From the NCBI RefSeq assembly GCF_009914755.1, contig NC_060936.1: a stretch of 64,000 bases of DNA; one strand, 5' to 3'. This document shows, in pieces, positions 1 to 14,214 of the stretch. Position numbers and translations under genes: made by a program. This DNA is from the human T2T-CHM13v2.0 reference genome, Homo sapiens. The notes beneath the pieces are model-generated. The model was not told the DNA's origin. It did no database searches and saw only the letters and a program-made list of their open reading frames with translations. Positions within the stretch are counted from its first letter, which is position 1; each line of letters opens with the position of its first letter.

Positions 1-900
1 GATGAGGAACACAGTGTACGATGGGAGGAGGCCATGGGGAGGTAAGAACTAAAGTCAAGGAACTGAATGAGATCACCAAGAACCAACTAGAAAGATAACT
101 GAGGATGGAACTTGAGGAGATGGTACGTACATTGCAAGAGCCTGATGGCAGCCACAAAAGAGTGAGAATGACAGTCAGAGAGGTAGGAGGGAAACCAAGT
201 GTCCATAATACAGAAGAGAAGAAAGTAGAACGTTGTCTCGAAGAAAGGTAGTATTAATGGTATCACGTGGTGAGATGGAAATCACCAGATTTGGTGGTTA
301 GGTACAATCAACGGCTTCTGAGACAGTCATTTCAGTATTGTTGAAGAGGTGGAAAAAAGAGGTGTTGAGTGCAGGCTCTTCTTTCAGGAAGTTTGTCGGA
401 GAGAGGTCAGGAGATGAACAGCAAGCAAAGCAGAAAGAACTAGGAGAAATTCACGTAGACAAAGGAAGAGTTGCCAGACTGGCGCAGAGCTTGGGAACAT
501 GTAGCGCCATTTAGTCAATGACTGTCTTCTTAAGGGATCCCAGGCAACCATGCAAATTAGCATGTGTAGGCCAGCAAAAAACACACTTGACAGATCTTCT
601 GGAGCCTAATCTTCAGGACTGGGCTAGGATTGTCTGGATTAGATTTCCTAAAGGTATCTTTAAGACAAATGAGAAGGCGGTGGAATGGTCCTGCCAGGGC
701 TGCAAGGCAGGCACGCACAGTCTAAATAGAGAACAGAATAAGGCAAGTAGGAGAACAAGCTGTGCTTGGCTAAGAGAAGGAAGAAATTGAATGAGCAAGA
801 GGAGAGGAGAAAATCCAACACAACACACACAGGCAAATGTTAAACATCTAATCCAGATAATGAGGGGATGGGAACAACACAAGGCACTTGAGAGCAATAA
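1..900 (-). mobile_element. Degraded L2 LINE fragment(s)
   Basis: Purine-rich sequence resembling antisense L2 (e.g. tgaatgagatcaccaag, cagtcatttcagta). Confidence 0.45.
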
Positions 901-1709
901 CCATGGGCAGAAGCTAGTTAAGGTTTTTGAACTTGTCTGGGAAATACAGCAGATGCATGTCTTCGTGTAGCAGAGACGACTCTGTTATTGCTGCTATTTA
1001 AAAAATCAAATTGCAGGCAAGACTCTTTCCAATAGGGATCTAGGTAGCAAGCACAAGGACCAAGAGCCTTTGGCTGGATGTAGAAAGGAAAACACTTTTT
1101 AAGGGAAGATCCTCCAACCTCCAAGTATTTCATAAAAAGGAAACAGGACTGATTGGAGAGTTCAGGCTGTCTTCCACTGGTATCAGCCATCCCAGGACAG
1201 ATGGGAGGCAAACAAAAGTACAAAATGTAGATGTGAATAGACATAGATAGTAGAGTCATCAACAAAATGAGAGTTGCAGCCATAAGAATGATTTAGATGG
1301 ATTAACCAAATGCTTATTAAGCAACTTGTGTATGATCAGCCTGAAGATATGGTGGAGAGTAAGGTCAGTGCAGTTTCCTCTCTTTGCCAAGCTTAAGCTT
1401 TAGCAAATAAGAACATTCAGGGAAAGAGTATATACGCGTGGGTTTATGTATGTGTGCGGGCACACACACACCAGATAAGAGTCTCTAAATGAAAAGAGGA
1501 AAAAATCTGAGAAATCCAAGAGCTATACCGTCTACCTACTCAATAAACACAGAGACTGAAAATGAATCCCAGCATTTAGACCTGCCTGTCAGCTCCCATC
1601 ACACCCTGCCCCAACCTCATCATTCGTGATTCTCTACAAATAGCTTCCACTTCTAACAAGCACATGAACCTGGGTACCCCACACAAATTTCCCATCTGTG
1701 GCGTTTATA

Positions 1710-1930
1710 CCCACAGGGTTCAAATCTCAGCTAAGCCACTCAAAGCTACATAACTTTAGGCAAGTTGTTTGATCTCCCCACGCCTCAGTTTCCTCACATC
1801 CAAAATGAGAATAATAATGGTACCTTCCTCTTGGGCTGGTTGTGCAATTTAAATGAATTCATCTGTGTAAAGTGGTTGGAACACAGCCTAGAACACAGTT
1901 GGTGCCCTGTAAGGATGGGCTGTTGTTAGC
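1710..1930 (+). mobile_element. MIR SINE
   Basis: MIR core: gggttcaaatctcagct...ttaggcaagtt...gcctcagtttcctcacatccaaaatgagaataata. Confidence 0.8.
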
Positions 1931-2614
1931 ACCCTGCCCACCTGAAATTCCCTCTACCTTCCTCTCCACTGATCCAAATCCACTGTCTTTTTAAAAAACC
2001 AACCCAAATATTTTACTTTCCATTAGTATGCTTATAAGCCCAGTCCCAGCACAAGTATTTACTGCTCCAGGAAAACCAGGATGAATAAGACCCAGCCTTG
2101 CCTTGAGATCACAGTCTACTTGGGGGAATGGACAGACATTCCAAGGAAGATCAGCAATGTAATTTAACAAGAATTGTGAATTGGCATTACCCATTAAGCG
2201 TCCCTCACTGGATTTTGCCTTACTCCGCTAACTCCCAAAGATGTCCAATTTGTACCATGATATTCTGCAGCAATGGTGTTTGCTTTACTTTCTCTCAGTT
2301 GTTTCAACATAACCTGTTTTGACTTGTTCAACTTGATGGGAAGGTACCCATTCTGGGACTGGACCTTCTAATTCTGTTCCCCAATCCACTCCTCCCCAAC
2401 ATCCACCTTTTACCAACAGGTATTTGGCAACTGCATATTAACTCTTTGTAGTTGGTCAGAACCGTGAAGTGTCTCTAGCAGAAAAGTCCCAGGGCCTGGG
2501 AAGCTTGGTTTCCAATCTGGTATGACTTTGGACTACCTAATCATTGCTGAGTCCTTTCCATATTCTCTTGGTGTGTATAGGAGGACACTATACATACATG
2601 GACTAGTGTATTAG

Positions 2615-2790
2615 TAATAACAAAAATAACAACAGTGAACATTTACCAAGGCTTTTCCATGTGCCAGGTACTAGACCAAGTGTTTTACGTATTTCATCCA
2701 TCCCCGCAAAAGTCCTGTAAGAAAAGTATCGCTGTCCTTCCACTTCGCAGTTGAAGAAACTGACATGCAGAGAAGCCCCAGTAGAGCAAG
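2615..2790 (-). mobile_element. MIR SINE
   Basis: aacatttaccaag...catgtgccaggtact...gttgaagaaactgac, antisense MIR core. Confidence 0.7.
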
Positions 2791-3104
2791 GAAGAGGCAC
2801 CAAAAACTGGTTCCCAGAAAACTCGGGAAGCAATGGCAACAGCCACTCTTCCTTCCTCCATGGTGTTTGAATGCCTGGATCCATCGCTGTGTTTTCAGAA
2901 CCACCCGAAAAGAAAGGAAAAATCTCTGAATCAAAAGGAAGAGAGTGCCCCTTCCTAAAAACAGCCTACCCAGACACCATCTTCCCACAAATTCCAGCCC
3001 CATCAAGATCCCATTACCCTCAGTGTTCCCCAACTCTTCCAAAAGCATACAACCAGCATGTTTAAAACAAAAACATAAAACCAACTGATTTTTACCTTCT
3101 ACAG

Positions 3105-3320
3105 CAAGCTTGTCCAACCCAAGGCCCCGGGGGCTGCATGCAGCCCAGGATGGTTTTTAATGTGGCTCAAAACTTACAAGTTTGTAAGCTTTCTTAAAAC
3201 TTTATGAGTTTTTTTTTTTTTTTAGCTCATCAGCTATCATTAGTGTATTTTATGTGTGCCTCAAGACAATTCTTCTTCTTCCCATGTGGCCCAAGGAAGC
3301 CAAAAGATTGGACACCCCCG
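3105..3320 (-). mobile_element. MER30 (hAT-Charlie MITE)
   Basis: Termini caagcttgtccaa...ttggacacccccg; 8-bp TSD ttctacag/ttctagag. Confidence 0.9.
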
Positions 3321-6300
3321 TTCTAGAGTTTATACTTATGGTTTGCAGAAATGCATGGCTTCACCAAGAACTTAAATGAGGCAGTGCCTCAATCTAGAAG
3401 GAAAAACCTAAATAAATGTACCCCTTGCTAATGGGAAGGAAAAGAGCTGAGATCTATTTTATTTTTAAAACTTTAACATGCTGTTTCCTGTTACTACCCT
3501 ACTATTGTCAAGTTCAAGCAAAGAAAGGCTGAGAGGAACAGCCAGGCATTCAGAGCTTGGGGATTTGGTTTGGGCTCTTGCTGGTTAAAAAGGAAAAGAA
3601 GCATCAGACAGCTACTCACTCTCCAAGACTAATTTCACCATAACCCCACCCCAAAGACAACCAAACCTAGTTCTCTAGAAACTCTCCAGCTCCCACCAAC
3701 TCAAGCTGCAAGGAACTCCCACTACGCCTCAGCCATTGAAACGCTGTCATCAAGATTCTTGCTCAGCCTAAAATAATGATGCACTCAATGGCTTAAAAAT
3801 AGTCTGGGGTCCCAAAATAAGGATCCCAAAAAACGAGGAGCTATCACAGAATTTAAATCATTCTCACTGCCAATTTCTCCACAAAAACTCCTCGTTCATT
3901 CAGCTCCACCTCTGAACATTTCATTCAATTCACTGGTAACAAATCTGAGGTCAATTTACCTAGCACAGTACAGCAGCATCTGCAATTTCCTCAGTGGTGT
4001 GAAGAATGAGTAACAGCACAGGTAATCAATGTGTGTAAATAAAAACCTGTGATGCTGAAAATGGTGAGAAAAGAAAAAGAAACTCAGGAAGAAACACAGG
4101 GTCGCTGGCAGCAAAGGTGGTACCCCCAGAAAATGTCTCCCCCTCTCTCCAAGTAAATTTTGTCAATAAAACTGCAGGAGCTGCTAAGTAATTTCATCAC
4201 TGCCTCTCTTTTATTAGATTTCTAATTAATCACAATCTGATATGTCCAGGGTCATCTACATCCAACAGGTGGATGAATTTCTAAAATGATGCTTGTAGGT
4301 ATCACCCACAGGGCTGCCTACAGCAGAGTAGCCAAGTCCAATAGCAATAACACATAACAAGACGCAAGATGAAAGAAAATCTTTCTGATTCCAACCCCGT
4401 TGCCAAGCTTTGAAAAAACGTTAAAGTTCCCCAATGATAGGAATACTCTGATGCCATCGTCCAAATAAGAAATACACAGTTTTATTTGCATGGACCTTTT
4501 TTGAAATAAGAATCTTATTAAACATTCTGTTGGGTCAGGAACAGCAGCTCGTTTTGTGCTCTAAGGATATAGTTTAAACTACCAGAGGTGAGATAGCACA
4601 TCTTCAAATACAATAAGCAATATAAACACTTCTGGAGGAAAGGATCATAGGTAAATTAAATCAACAAATATTTATCGAGTGCCTCAGCCTTAATACTGAG
4701 ATGTCCCTGTCAGAGAGCTCCCTAAACTGAGCTTTCTGTGAGAAACAGAAAGATGTCATTCAAGTCTTCCTGAAAAATAAGCAATTAATCACACACTGCT
4801 TCAGATTAATTGCAATGCCTAAGATCTCCCATATCATTCTGCCTTTTCCCCTGAAATCTAACTCCCTCGAATCCTCCCTCGTCTTTCAGATCACTGACCA
4901 ACACCCAAGCAAGCTTGCATTCTGACCCAGCCAGCCCACTGCTAACCAGAACTAGAACTCTCCACACGTCCTTCCAGTACGACGTGTGACCTTCAGTGTG
5001 CTGCGTGTGTCAAGGTTATACTGCCCACTAACCATGCATCCTTCAACATCAGGCCTCCGCTTCTGCCCTGCTCTTTGATGCCAATGGCAAAACCTCCCAA
5101 TCCTGCTGAGCCGTTTCAAACCCATCTGATGGCACATTCAACAGCTAGTTAGCACTCTGCCTCTCCCACCACCATCCAGATTGCTTTGGGGTTGTGGAGC
5201 AAATCAGACAGAGAGGCACATCTAACACTACCAAAATCCAACCTGAATTTGAAACCCAGCCCCCAGAGAGGGGATCAAGAAAGACCACTTCAACATCTTG
5301 CAACATAAAAACCTCCCTCACATTCAATCACAGCCCACAACCTTATTTCGTATCAAATGCCCAATTCCCCACAACACTCTGAAATCTTTTCAGGAACGTT
5401 ACTGTCAAAATAGCACCCATAGGGAGACACCATCCAGGAACCAACATAACATCCCTATAAATCGATATCTAAGCTACAAATACCACAAAGAGGGAAAGAT
5501 GCTGCCAAGAAGAATATCAAATTCTGCTCGTCTCCTAAGTGGGCAGCAACTAACCCAACATTACCCTCTGAGAACCTGAAAGTGCAGGGACCAGGGTGGC
5601 TGGCAAATAACACCATCAGTCCAAGATCTTCTGGGGAACTCACTCCTCTGAAAACAGAATGTCATTGTATCATGAGAGAATGAGGCAAGATACTGACCTC
5701 CCACATCCACAGAAGCTACTGCATTTTACAGAAATTCCAGGAGGCTCCTGGAAGCCTCGACCCTCTAATTCCAAGTGCTCTGTTAATGCATTTTTCAATA
5801 GCTTTTATGAGAATGGAGAAAGACCTACCAGATCAAGAGGTTTACAGTGATATTTATATTTCCATTTTCTAGTCTCCTGGTTTTTTTTCCCCCTATGAAG
5901 CCCAGTTTCTGTGAATCAATGACTCGGCTACATCACACTCCCTCCTGGTGGCTCACAGTAACGGGGCTTTCTCTGGCTGCCAGCGCTCCACCAGCTCAGA
6001 GAGGCTCAGCTGCCAGATCCCTGATCTTGCAGCATACTTGGAGAGGAGCCGAGCACCATCTCTCTGTTAGAGCTCTGGTTCAGCCACTTGCAGCTCAGTT
6101 AAACCCATCAGGAAACCTCTAGCTTATGAGACAAGGTTTTTAGGATTCTTTATACAGCCAAGATAGCAACCCCCATCCACCCACTTGAGAGACAGATACA
6201 TAGATGGTTAGATAGATGGGCAGCTCATCTTAACTCCTGCACATTTCTCCTTTGACCGGGGATCTGCACTGCTGGAAATCTCCCACTCTCTCCCCTTTAA

Positions 6301-6573
6301 AGAAGACCAAAGATTGGAAAACTAACCCAAAGTACCCAATTGACAATTATCATACCACAGACAGGAACAGGTACCTTACACACTGCAAAATGAGAATATT
6401 AACAGGCTACCCCCGCAAAGCCCTAACAGGTAGACTGCTTTCCCAATGCAGGTGACTAGCAGCTTCCCTCCACTGCACTCCCCCCACCTATTCCCCCACC
6501 CCCCCACCACCACCTTTGGCTCCAAAAGCCTTGCATCAATGCAGGTCCCTTTAGAAAGTCAAATTTTCACTTA

Positions 6574-6762
<189 letters not shown>

Positions 6763-6843
6763 TTAAAGAAAAACAAGAAAGGAGGCGGGGAGGAAAAAAA
6801 ATTTCAGCCGGATTCAACACTGTTGCGGAGAAGATCGTCTTAC

Positions 6844-6905
6844 TCCTTCGGCGCTGGCGATGGCACTGCAGCGCCTGCTTTCAATCTAGCTCGCAACCTC
6901 GGCTC
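6844..6905 (-). other. Putative 62-nt cassette exon upstream of exon 10
   Basis: Branch-like gttaat followed by ctcttgttgctgtag|GAG acceptor; donor GGA|gtaaga; leaves an 85-nt intron (6759-6843); CpG-rich. Confidence 0.5.
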
Positions 6906-7009
6906 CTACAGCAACAAGAGATTAACCCCTTCTCTGCCAACATGGCCACCAACCCGCAGACAGGCTGCCTTCCCGCCTGGGGTAAACTGAAGAGCAAACT
7001 CAAACAGGT

Positions 7010-7053
7010 CACTTGGGCCAACGAAAGCACTTGGGCCAACGAAAGCACTTGGG
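7010..7053. repeat. 18-bp perfect tandem repeat (CACTTGGGCCAACGAAAG), about 2.4 copies
   Basis: Read directly from the sequence. Confidence 0.95.
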
Positions 7054-7464
7054 GAACTCGTGGGGAAGCCGCTCCTTCCTGCTGTTTCCAGAAGGCTCCT
7101 ACAGAGCAGCTGCTGGCTAGTGCCAGGATGCTAGGAGACCTAAACCTATGGATTCCCTCCTCCAGACAGGTCTAAATTATTAATGATTAGCACTAATCGT
7201 TGAAATAAGATGGAACTTCTACATTTCGTGGATTAACCGGGATAAGAGGAAGGACCAGGAAAAGGGATGTGTGAGGTTCTGGAACTCCTGTTAGGATACC
7301 ACTGCAGTCTACTTCATTCATACCCGGACAAGTCGACTCCGAGATCTTATTAACCACTTTTTTTTTTTTTTAGTTCATTATGCATCTTCCCCAGCGCAAT
7401 CATGCCCATCAAATCCACTGCAGTTTAATCAGCATAATGAAGCACCAGCCAAATAAAGTTCCTA

Positions 7465-7900
7465 CCGGTGATCTACAGCACCCCTGCGCGCTGACGGTGG
7501 GAATGCACGGATGGACATATGCGGCTCCTACCTCCTCAGGGCTTCACTCCCGGCTGGGGGCGTGTTACATCCTCTCCACTTCCTCCGACCTACTAAGCGC
7601 TCTCGGTCTGGGAGGTGGACACTCGTCCATCAGTCACCAGGAGGCTGCCCATCGCGGTGGGCTCCCGGGGGTGTCCCCCGCCAGAAACGTTACCATGGTT
7701 GCAAGCTGAGGCGTCCGTGGCGGGCCAGCCAGGCGAGTTAGAGCCGAGCATCACATCCCCCGCAGTGCAGGCTGCATGCTCCCGGCTCCGTGCGTGCGTG
7801 CTCTGGCTGGAACCCCACCTGGCTGCCGCCTGCCTGCCAGGGGCCAGTGCTGATCCCAGTGACAGAGCAGCATGAGTCACTGCCCGCCAGGGCTCGCTAG
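7465..7900 (-). promoter_or_regulatory. CpG-rich putative internal promoter and alternative first exon (CIT-N-type transcript)
   Basis: About 30 CpG in ~440 bp by hand count and repeat-free. RFX X-box-like GTTACCATGGTTGC at 7689-7702, AP-1 TGAGTCA at 7873-7879, KLF/SP-like GGGGGCGTG at ~7556-7564. Minus-strand donor GAG|gtagga with last exonic base 7532, ~0.8 kb upstream of exon 10. Confidence 0.7.
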
Positions 7901-8574
7901 AGCTCCCCCTAGGACAGTTGTCACAGCCCTTCACAGCCCAGACTTCTTTTTAACTCCTCGTTTTCTGGACAAAGCTGGGTGCCAGATATGAGCAGCAAGC
8001 AGTCTGTTTTCTGCTTACAGACTCCAAAAAAATCTGGCTGTTTCCAAAGTTCCCCGATGACAACAACATCCAAGTGGCGCTGGGAAGTAATTGGAGCAGG
8101 AAAGGGATGTGGAGGGGAGAGGAGATGAAGCCAGAGGTCTGGCTGTTCCTGAGAAGTACAAAAGAACATTCCCAGAGCTTCAGGTACATTGAGATGAGGT
8201 GGGAGAGTGAGGAAGATTTAAGATGTAAAATGTGCACTACCAGAAAATTATTTAACACCTCCAGTCTCTCAAGAGAATTTAAATCTTCCCTGTTAGTGTC
8301 AGAATCTACTTGCTTAATACTTTAAAAATTAGCTGATGGAAAGAAAAATTAGATTGAACACTTCAGCCCACATCCCATGTGTACTTCCATCAACACAGGC
8401 TCAAATCCAGTCTGGTTTCAATTATCCGGTACCTTTTTTAATAGCAAAAAAAAAAAGTTTTAATGGAAATTGTATTTCATAAGGATCAAAAACAGAAGTT
8501 TTCCTTCCTGAAATAAGGAAACTCAGATAAAGACTGAGGAAATTTATGGAGAGAGATTTGCAGATGATACTAAT

Positions 8575-8820
8575 ATGGAAGCAAAGTGGTTAATGGCAAT
8601 TGTTCTGGAATCTCAGTTCAAATCCCAGCTGCACCACTTACTAGTTCTGTGACACTGGGTAAGTCACTTAACCTCTCTGAACCTCAGTTTTCAACATGGC
8701 AATATCTATTTCAATGGACTATTAGGAGGTTTAAATAAAATAATCCATATAAAAGTGTTTACCACAGTTCTTAGCATACAGTAATCACTCCACAAATATG
8801 ACCTGCTATTATTGCTACTG
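8575..8820 (+). mobile_element. MIR SINE
   Basis: gttcaaatcccagct...ctgggtaagtcacttaacctctctgaacctcagttt. Confidence 0.85.
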
Positions 8821-9206
8821 CTCACAGGAATTGCATGCTTAGGAGAGAACCTGCAGGTCTTGAAAGCTAGTGACATAGAGCAGAATCTGTACTGAATGTT
8901 CATCTTTCCTGCACAGGGCAGAGACACATCCATGTGGATGTTTGTGTTAATCATATCATTTAATTCCTAGCAGAACTTTATAATTCCTTTCCACTATATA
9001 CTAATTTATCTTTAGGAGACCAAAATAGAATTCCATTTCTGAGTGAGAAGTATAATTAATGGAGGGTAAAAGCCACCCTCAGTGAAATAATTATGATTTT
9101 GAAATCCTGTACTATAAAATAAGATTCATCTATAAAACTCTTGCCATGCTCAAAGCCAGCTTAATGCGGTTAAGATTAGAAAAAGGGGCAGATAATCTTC
9201 AAGTTA

Positions 9207-9614
<408 letters not shown>

Positions 9615-10059
9615 CTAGACAGCTAGTCGGTCAAGTACAACAGGAAAGTTTGAAAAGAAGGGCTTCTTAGGGCCACATTCAGGCAGAGGAAAAAGCCACA
9701 GCCTTAAGCCAAAAAGAAGTGGGGGAACTGGAAATATTCTGCCACCCAGAAAGTGATGAGATGTTTACCCTTGTCCAGGGCCCTTCAGTGGGAAGGAAAT
9801 AAAGCAGATAGAAAGAAGCAGTAACCTCAGGTAGAGTGTCCACATTTACAGTATCCTGTTACAATTCAAGAAATTAACATGACTACTGGTCCAGGATCAC
9901 TGAGCCCTTGGAGCACTGGCAGATGCAAGTGGAGAACAACTTGTAGGGGTGTTTTTGCAACCCAGGGCACACAGGATTTTCTCCCCACCCCACCCCCACC
10001 CCAACAACCTCCTTCCAATCCCTACCAGAAATAAATTCACAATTAAAAAGTAAAAATCA

Positions 10060-10680
10060 ACAACTACACCTTACGGGTGCAACAACAGATACAAGAAATG
10101 GGAGAATTAGCCCTCCAAAAACTGCAGATAAAAGAACAATCTAAAATGAGCCATGAAACAAATTTTTATTATCAAGGTAAATTAGTAGAAATTCTTATCA
10201 AAGAACATGACACTTTGAAAAAGAACCAGGTACATTTGAAAGGAACCAAACTGAACTTCCAGAAATAAAAAGTCTTGTTCTTGAATTTAAGGTTAAAAAT
10301 TCACTGAATATGTTAAATAGCAGACTAGATACAGCTGAAGAGAAACTTAGTGAACTAGCAGTTAGATCTGAGGGAATCACATAGAACCTTGATACTTAAG
10401 CTATGGTCTACACACTGGCATTATCACCACCACTCAGGAGCTGGTTAGAATTTAATTCTCTAAGAATCTCAGGCCCTGCCCCATACCCATGGAATCAGAA
10501 CCTACGTTGTAACAAGGTCCCCAGGTGATTCATGTGCACACCACAGTTCAAGAAGCATTTGTGTACAATGCAACACACAGAGACAAAGAGACGGAAAACA
10601 TGAGAGGTCAAAAGACAAAGACAGAATGAGAAGATCCAATATACATCTAATGGGGCACAGAAAGAGAGATTAGAGAACTA
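10060..10680 (+). mobile_element. Old L1M/HAL1 ORF1-region fragment interrupted by MER5A1
   Basis: aatagcagactagatacagctgaagagaaa...agaatgagaagatccaatatacatctaat is typical of ancient L1 ORF1 sequence. Confidence 0.7.
10395..10561 (+). mobile_element. MER5A1-like hAT-Charlie MITE
   Basis: aatctcaggccctgcccc...gaatcagaa...aacaaggtccccaggtgattcatgtgcaca. Confidence 0.75.
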
Positions 10681-12789
10681 CTTTAAAATCTGGTTGCTGC
10701 ATTTTTTAAGGATTGTGTAAAATCTGGTCACGTCCAAAAACTAACAAGTATGTTATCACATATATCTTGGGGATATAATTCTTCTATTTCTTGTACCTTA
10801 TATAAAATGTCTCTTTTTTGATCCTTACAAAATGTGATTTTTTTTTGCTTCAATAAAGGTATTTTTAGTTCACTGAAATCATATTGATCTTGAGTCTATG
10901 TTGATGGAGGTACACATGGCACCTCAGTACACAGCACAGTGCCAGGTACCTAGTAGGTGCAGAGTAAATATTTGCTAAGCAAATATATAATTAAATAGCA
11001 AGAAAATAGGTCTTGTAAAGAGAGCACCTAACATAACACAGGCCACAAACAGGGTACTTGATGTTTGAATTAAATGAAGAGGTTTTAAAAGTCAAGATTG
11101 TTCTGTCTGAGAAATATGTTAATAAGTACCTACACTAATCATTTCTGATACAGTATTATAAAATCATCAGCTCCCCCAGCTGCCACATACCCACCACATT
11201 CACTAATGACAAATAAGAAATCATATAGTAAGACCTATTGTTCACTGGGAAAAGCCACTAAAAAAAAAAATAGAAAAAAATATTTCCATATATATTTTTA
11301 AATATTTTAATAAATCAGCCTGTTTGAGGTAACATCAGAACACAGTCTCCTTAGTGGCAGAGGCTATACAAGTAACTTCTTGAGGTTGTTTTTTGTTTTT
11401 GTTTTTGTTTTTGTTTCAGTTATAAAATAGATAGCAGAATCAAGGCTTTCAGAAACAAAGAGCTATTTTAGGAGCTATAGTTAATTTCTCTTCTATAAAT
11501 TCTCTCTCTCTCTTTTTTAATCCTAACATTCATTAAAAGCTTTTGAGGGGAAAAAAATTATCATCCTCAAAAATATTCGAAAAAAAACAAGGAAAGAAGA
11601 ACCAAATGGATTTGTCCTCTTGGGACTCCTTCTAACATGCTCCTTTGAGCTCCAGCTGCCTCATTCCCACCTTTGATTTTTTAGCATAGCCCACTAACAC
11701 CTCAAACAATACCTGGCTGTCCTTATTTAATGTTTAATATCTATTTTTTAAGAGAATGAATGAAAAACAAGAACCTTACATAGGGGATAATTATTTAGAC
11801 CTAATGTGCCATTCCACGCAACATACCACTTCAGGAAACCCAGGAAATGATATGCTTCAGAGTACCCAATGTATTCATGAAGAACTAGCATATTAAAAAA
11901 AAAAAATACTGAGCCTCGTAAAACTCCTAAGACTTTTAATCATCACCATGGATTGCAGAAATGGGAGATGAATAAGAGCCAGCACTGTGTCATAAAGGAT
12001 GAAGGCACATAAATAATTATTGTGTGATGATATAATGAATCAGGACTGTGCCTAGAATACAGTGGGCATGCGCTAATATTCAACCAAAAACACGTTCAAC
12101 TTCGTTCTCTCTACCATGATGTCCCTCGCCCTTTTAAAAAAATGTTAATTGACTAATTAGACACTATGTTCAAATTTAAAGGAAGAGTACCAAAAAAATA
12201 GCTATCTTCCAGTTGCTTAAAATCTAGAGCGCTAATGTGATCATACTTATCAATGTTATGAAGACAGAACTGTGAAATAAATGAAGAGGAGAATATGTGT
12301 GTTGTTCAGAGGTCAAGATATGGGTGTGAAAAGCAGAGAATACATAAACTGGCTGATGGCAAGTTTTGCCAGTGGGGAATGCAGTACTTTTTTGCAAGTT
12401 CCTGCAGGAAAGTGTCACGGAGGGGATTTAATCTCAAGAGCTGGTTAAAAGGTATCTTCATGGGCTGGAGTGGGGAAAAGTGCTACTTTAGAAAAGCCCC
12501 AGAAGCCAGAGCAATGGCCCAAGAGCATAGTGAATAATGAGGCAGGGAAGAAAGTGAAAGTGAAGTCTTGATGGATTGACAGATGTAAAACCAGAGTGCT
12601 GGGTTAGTGTCAGTACTGAGACGGATACAATCATCTCAATAGTGATGGGTGGAAGAGGCTAGTGCTAGAAACTCTAAAAGACAAGTCTACAATAGTCAAC
12701 ATGACAAATTCTACAAATTCTACACTTAGGCAGATCTACACTAAGGAAATGATAACAGAAACAGAGAGGATGGGATTAACAGGAGACAG

Positions 12790-14214
<1,425 letters not shown>

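Noticed and set aside
7010-7053. CRISPR-like direct repeats
   Set aside because: Simple head-to-tail duplication with no spacers, in a eukaryotic intron.
7380-7934. Several overlapping 76-113 aa ORFs on both strands
   Set aside because: Expected in GC-rich, stop-poor sequence. Only the short ATG-initiated gene-sense uORFs were kept.
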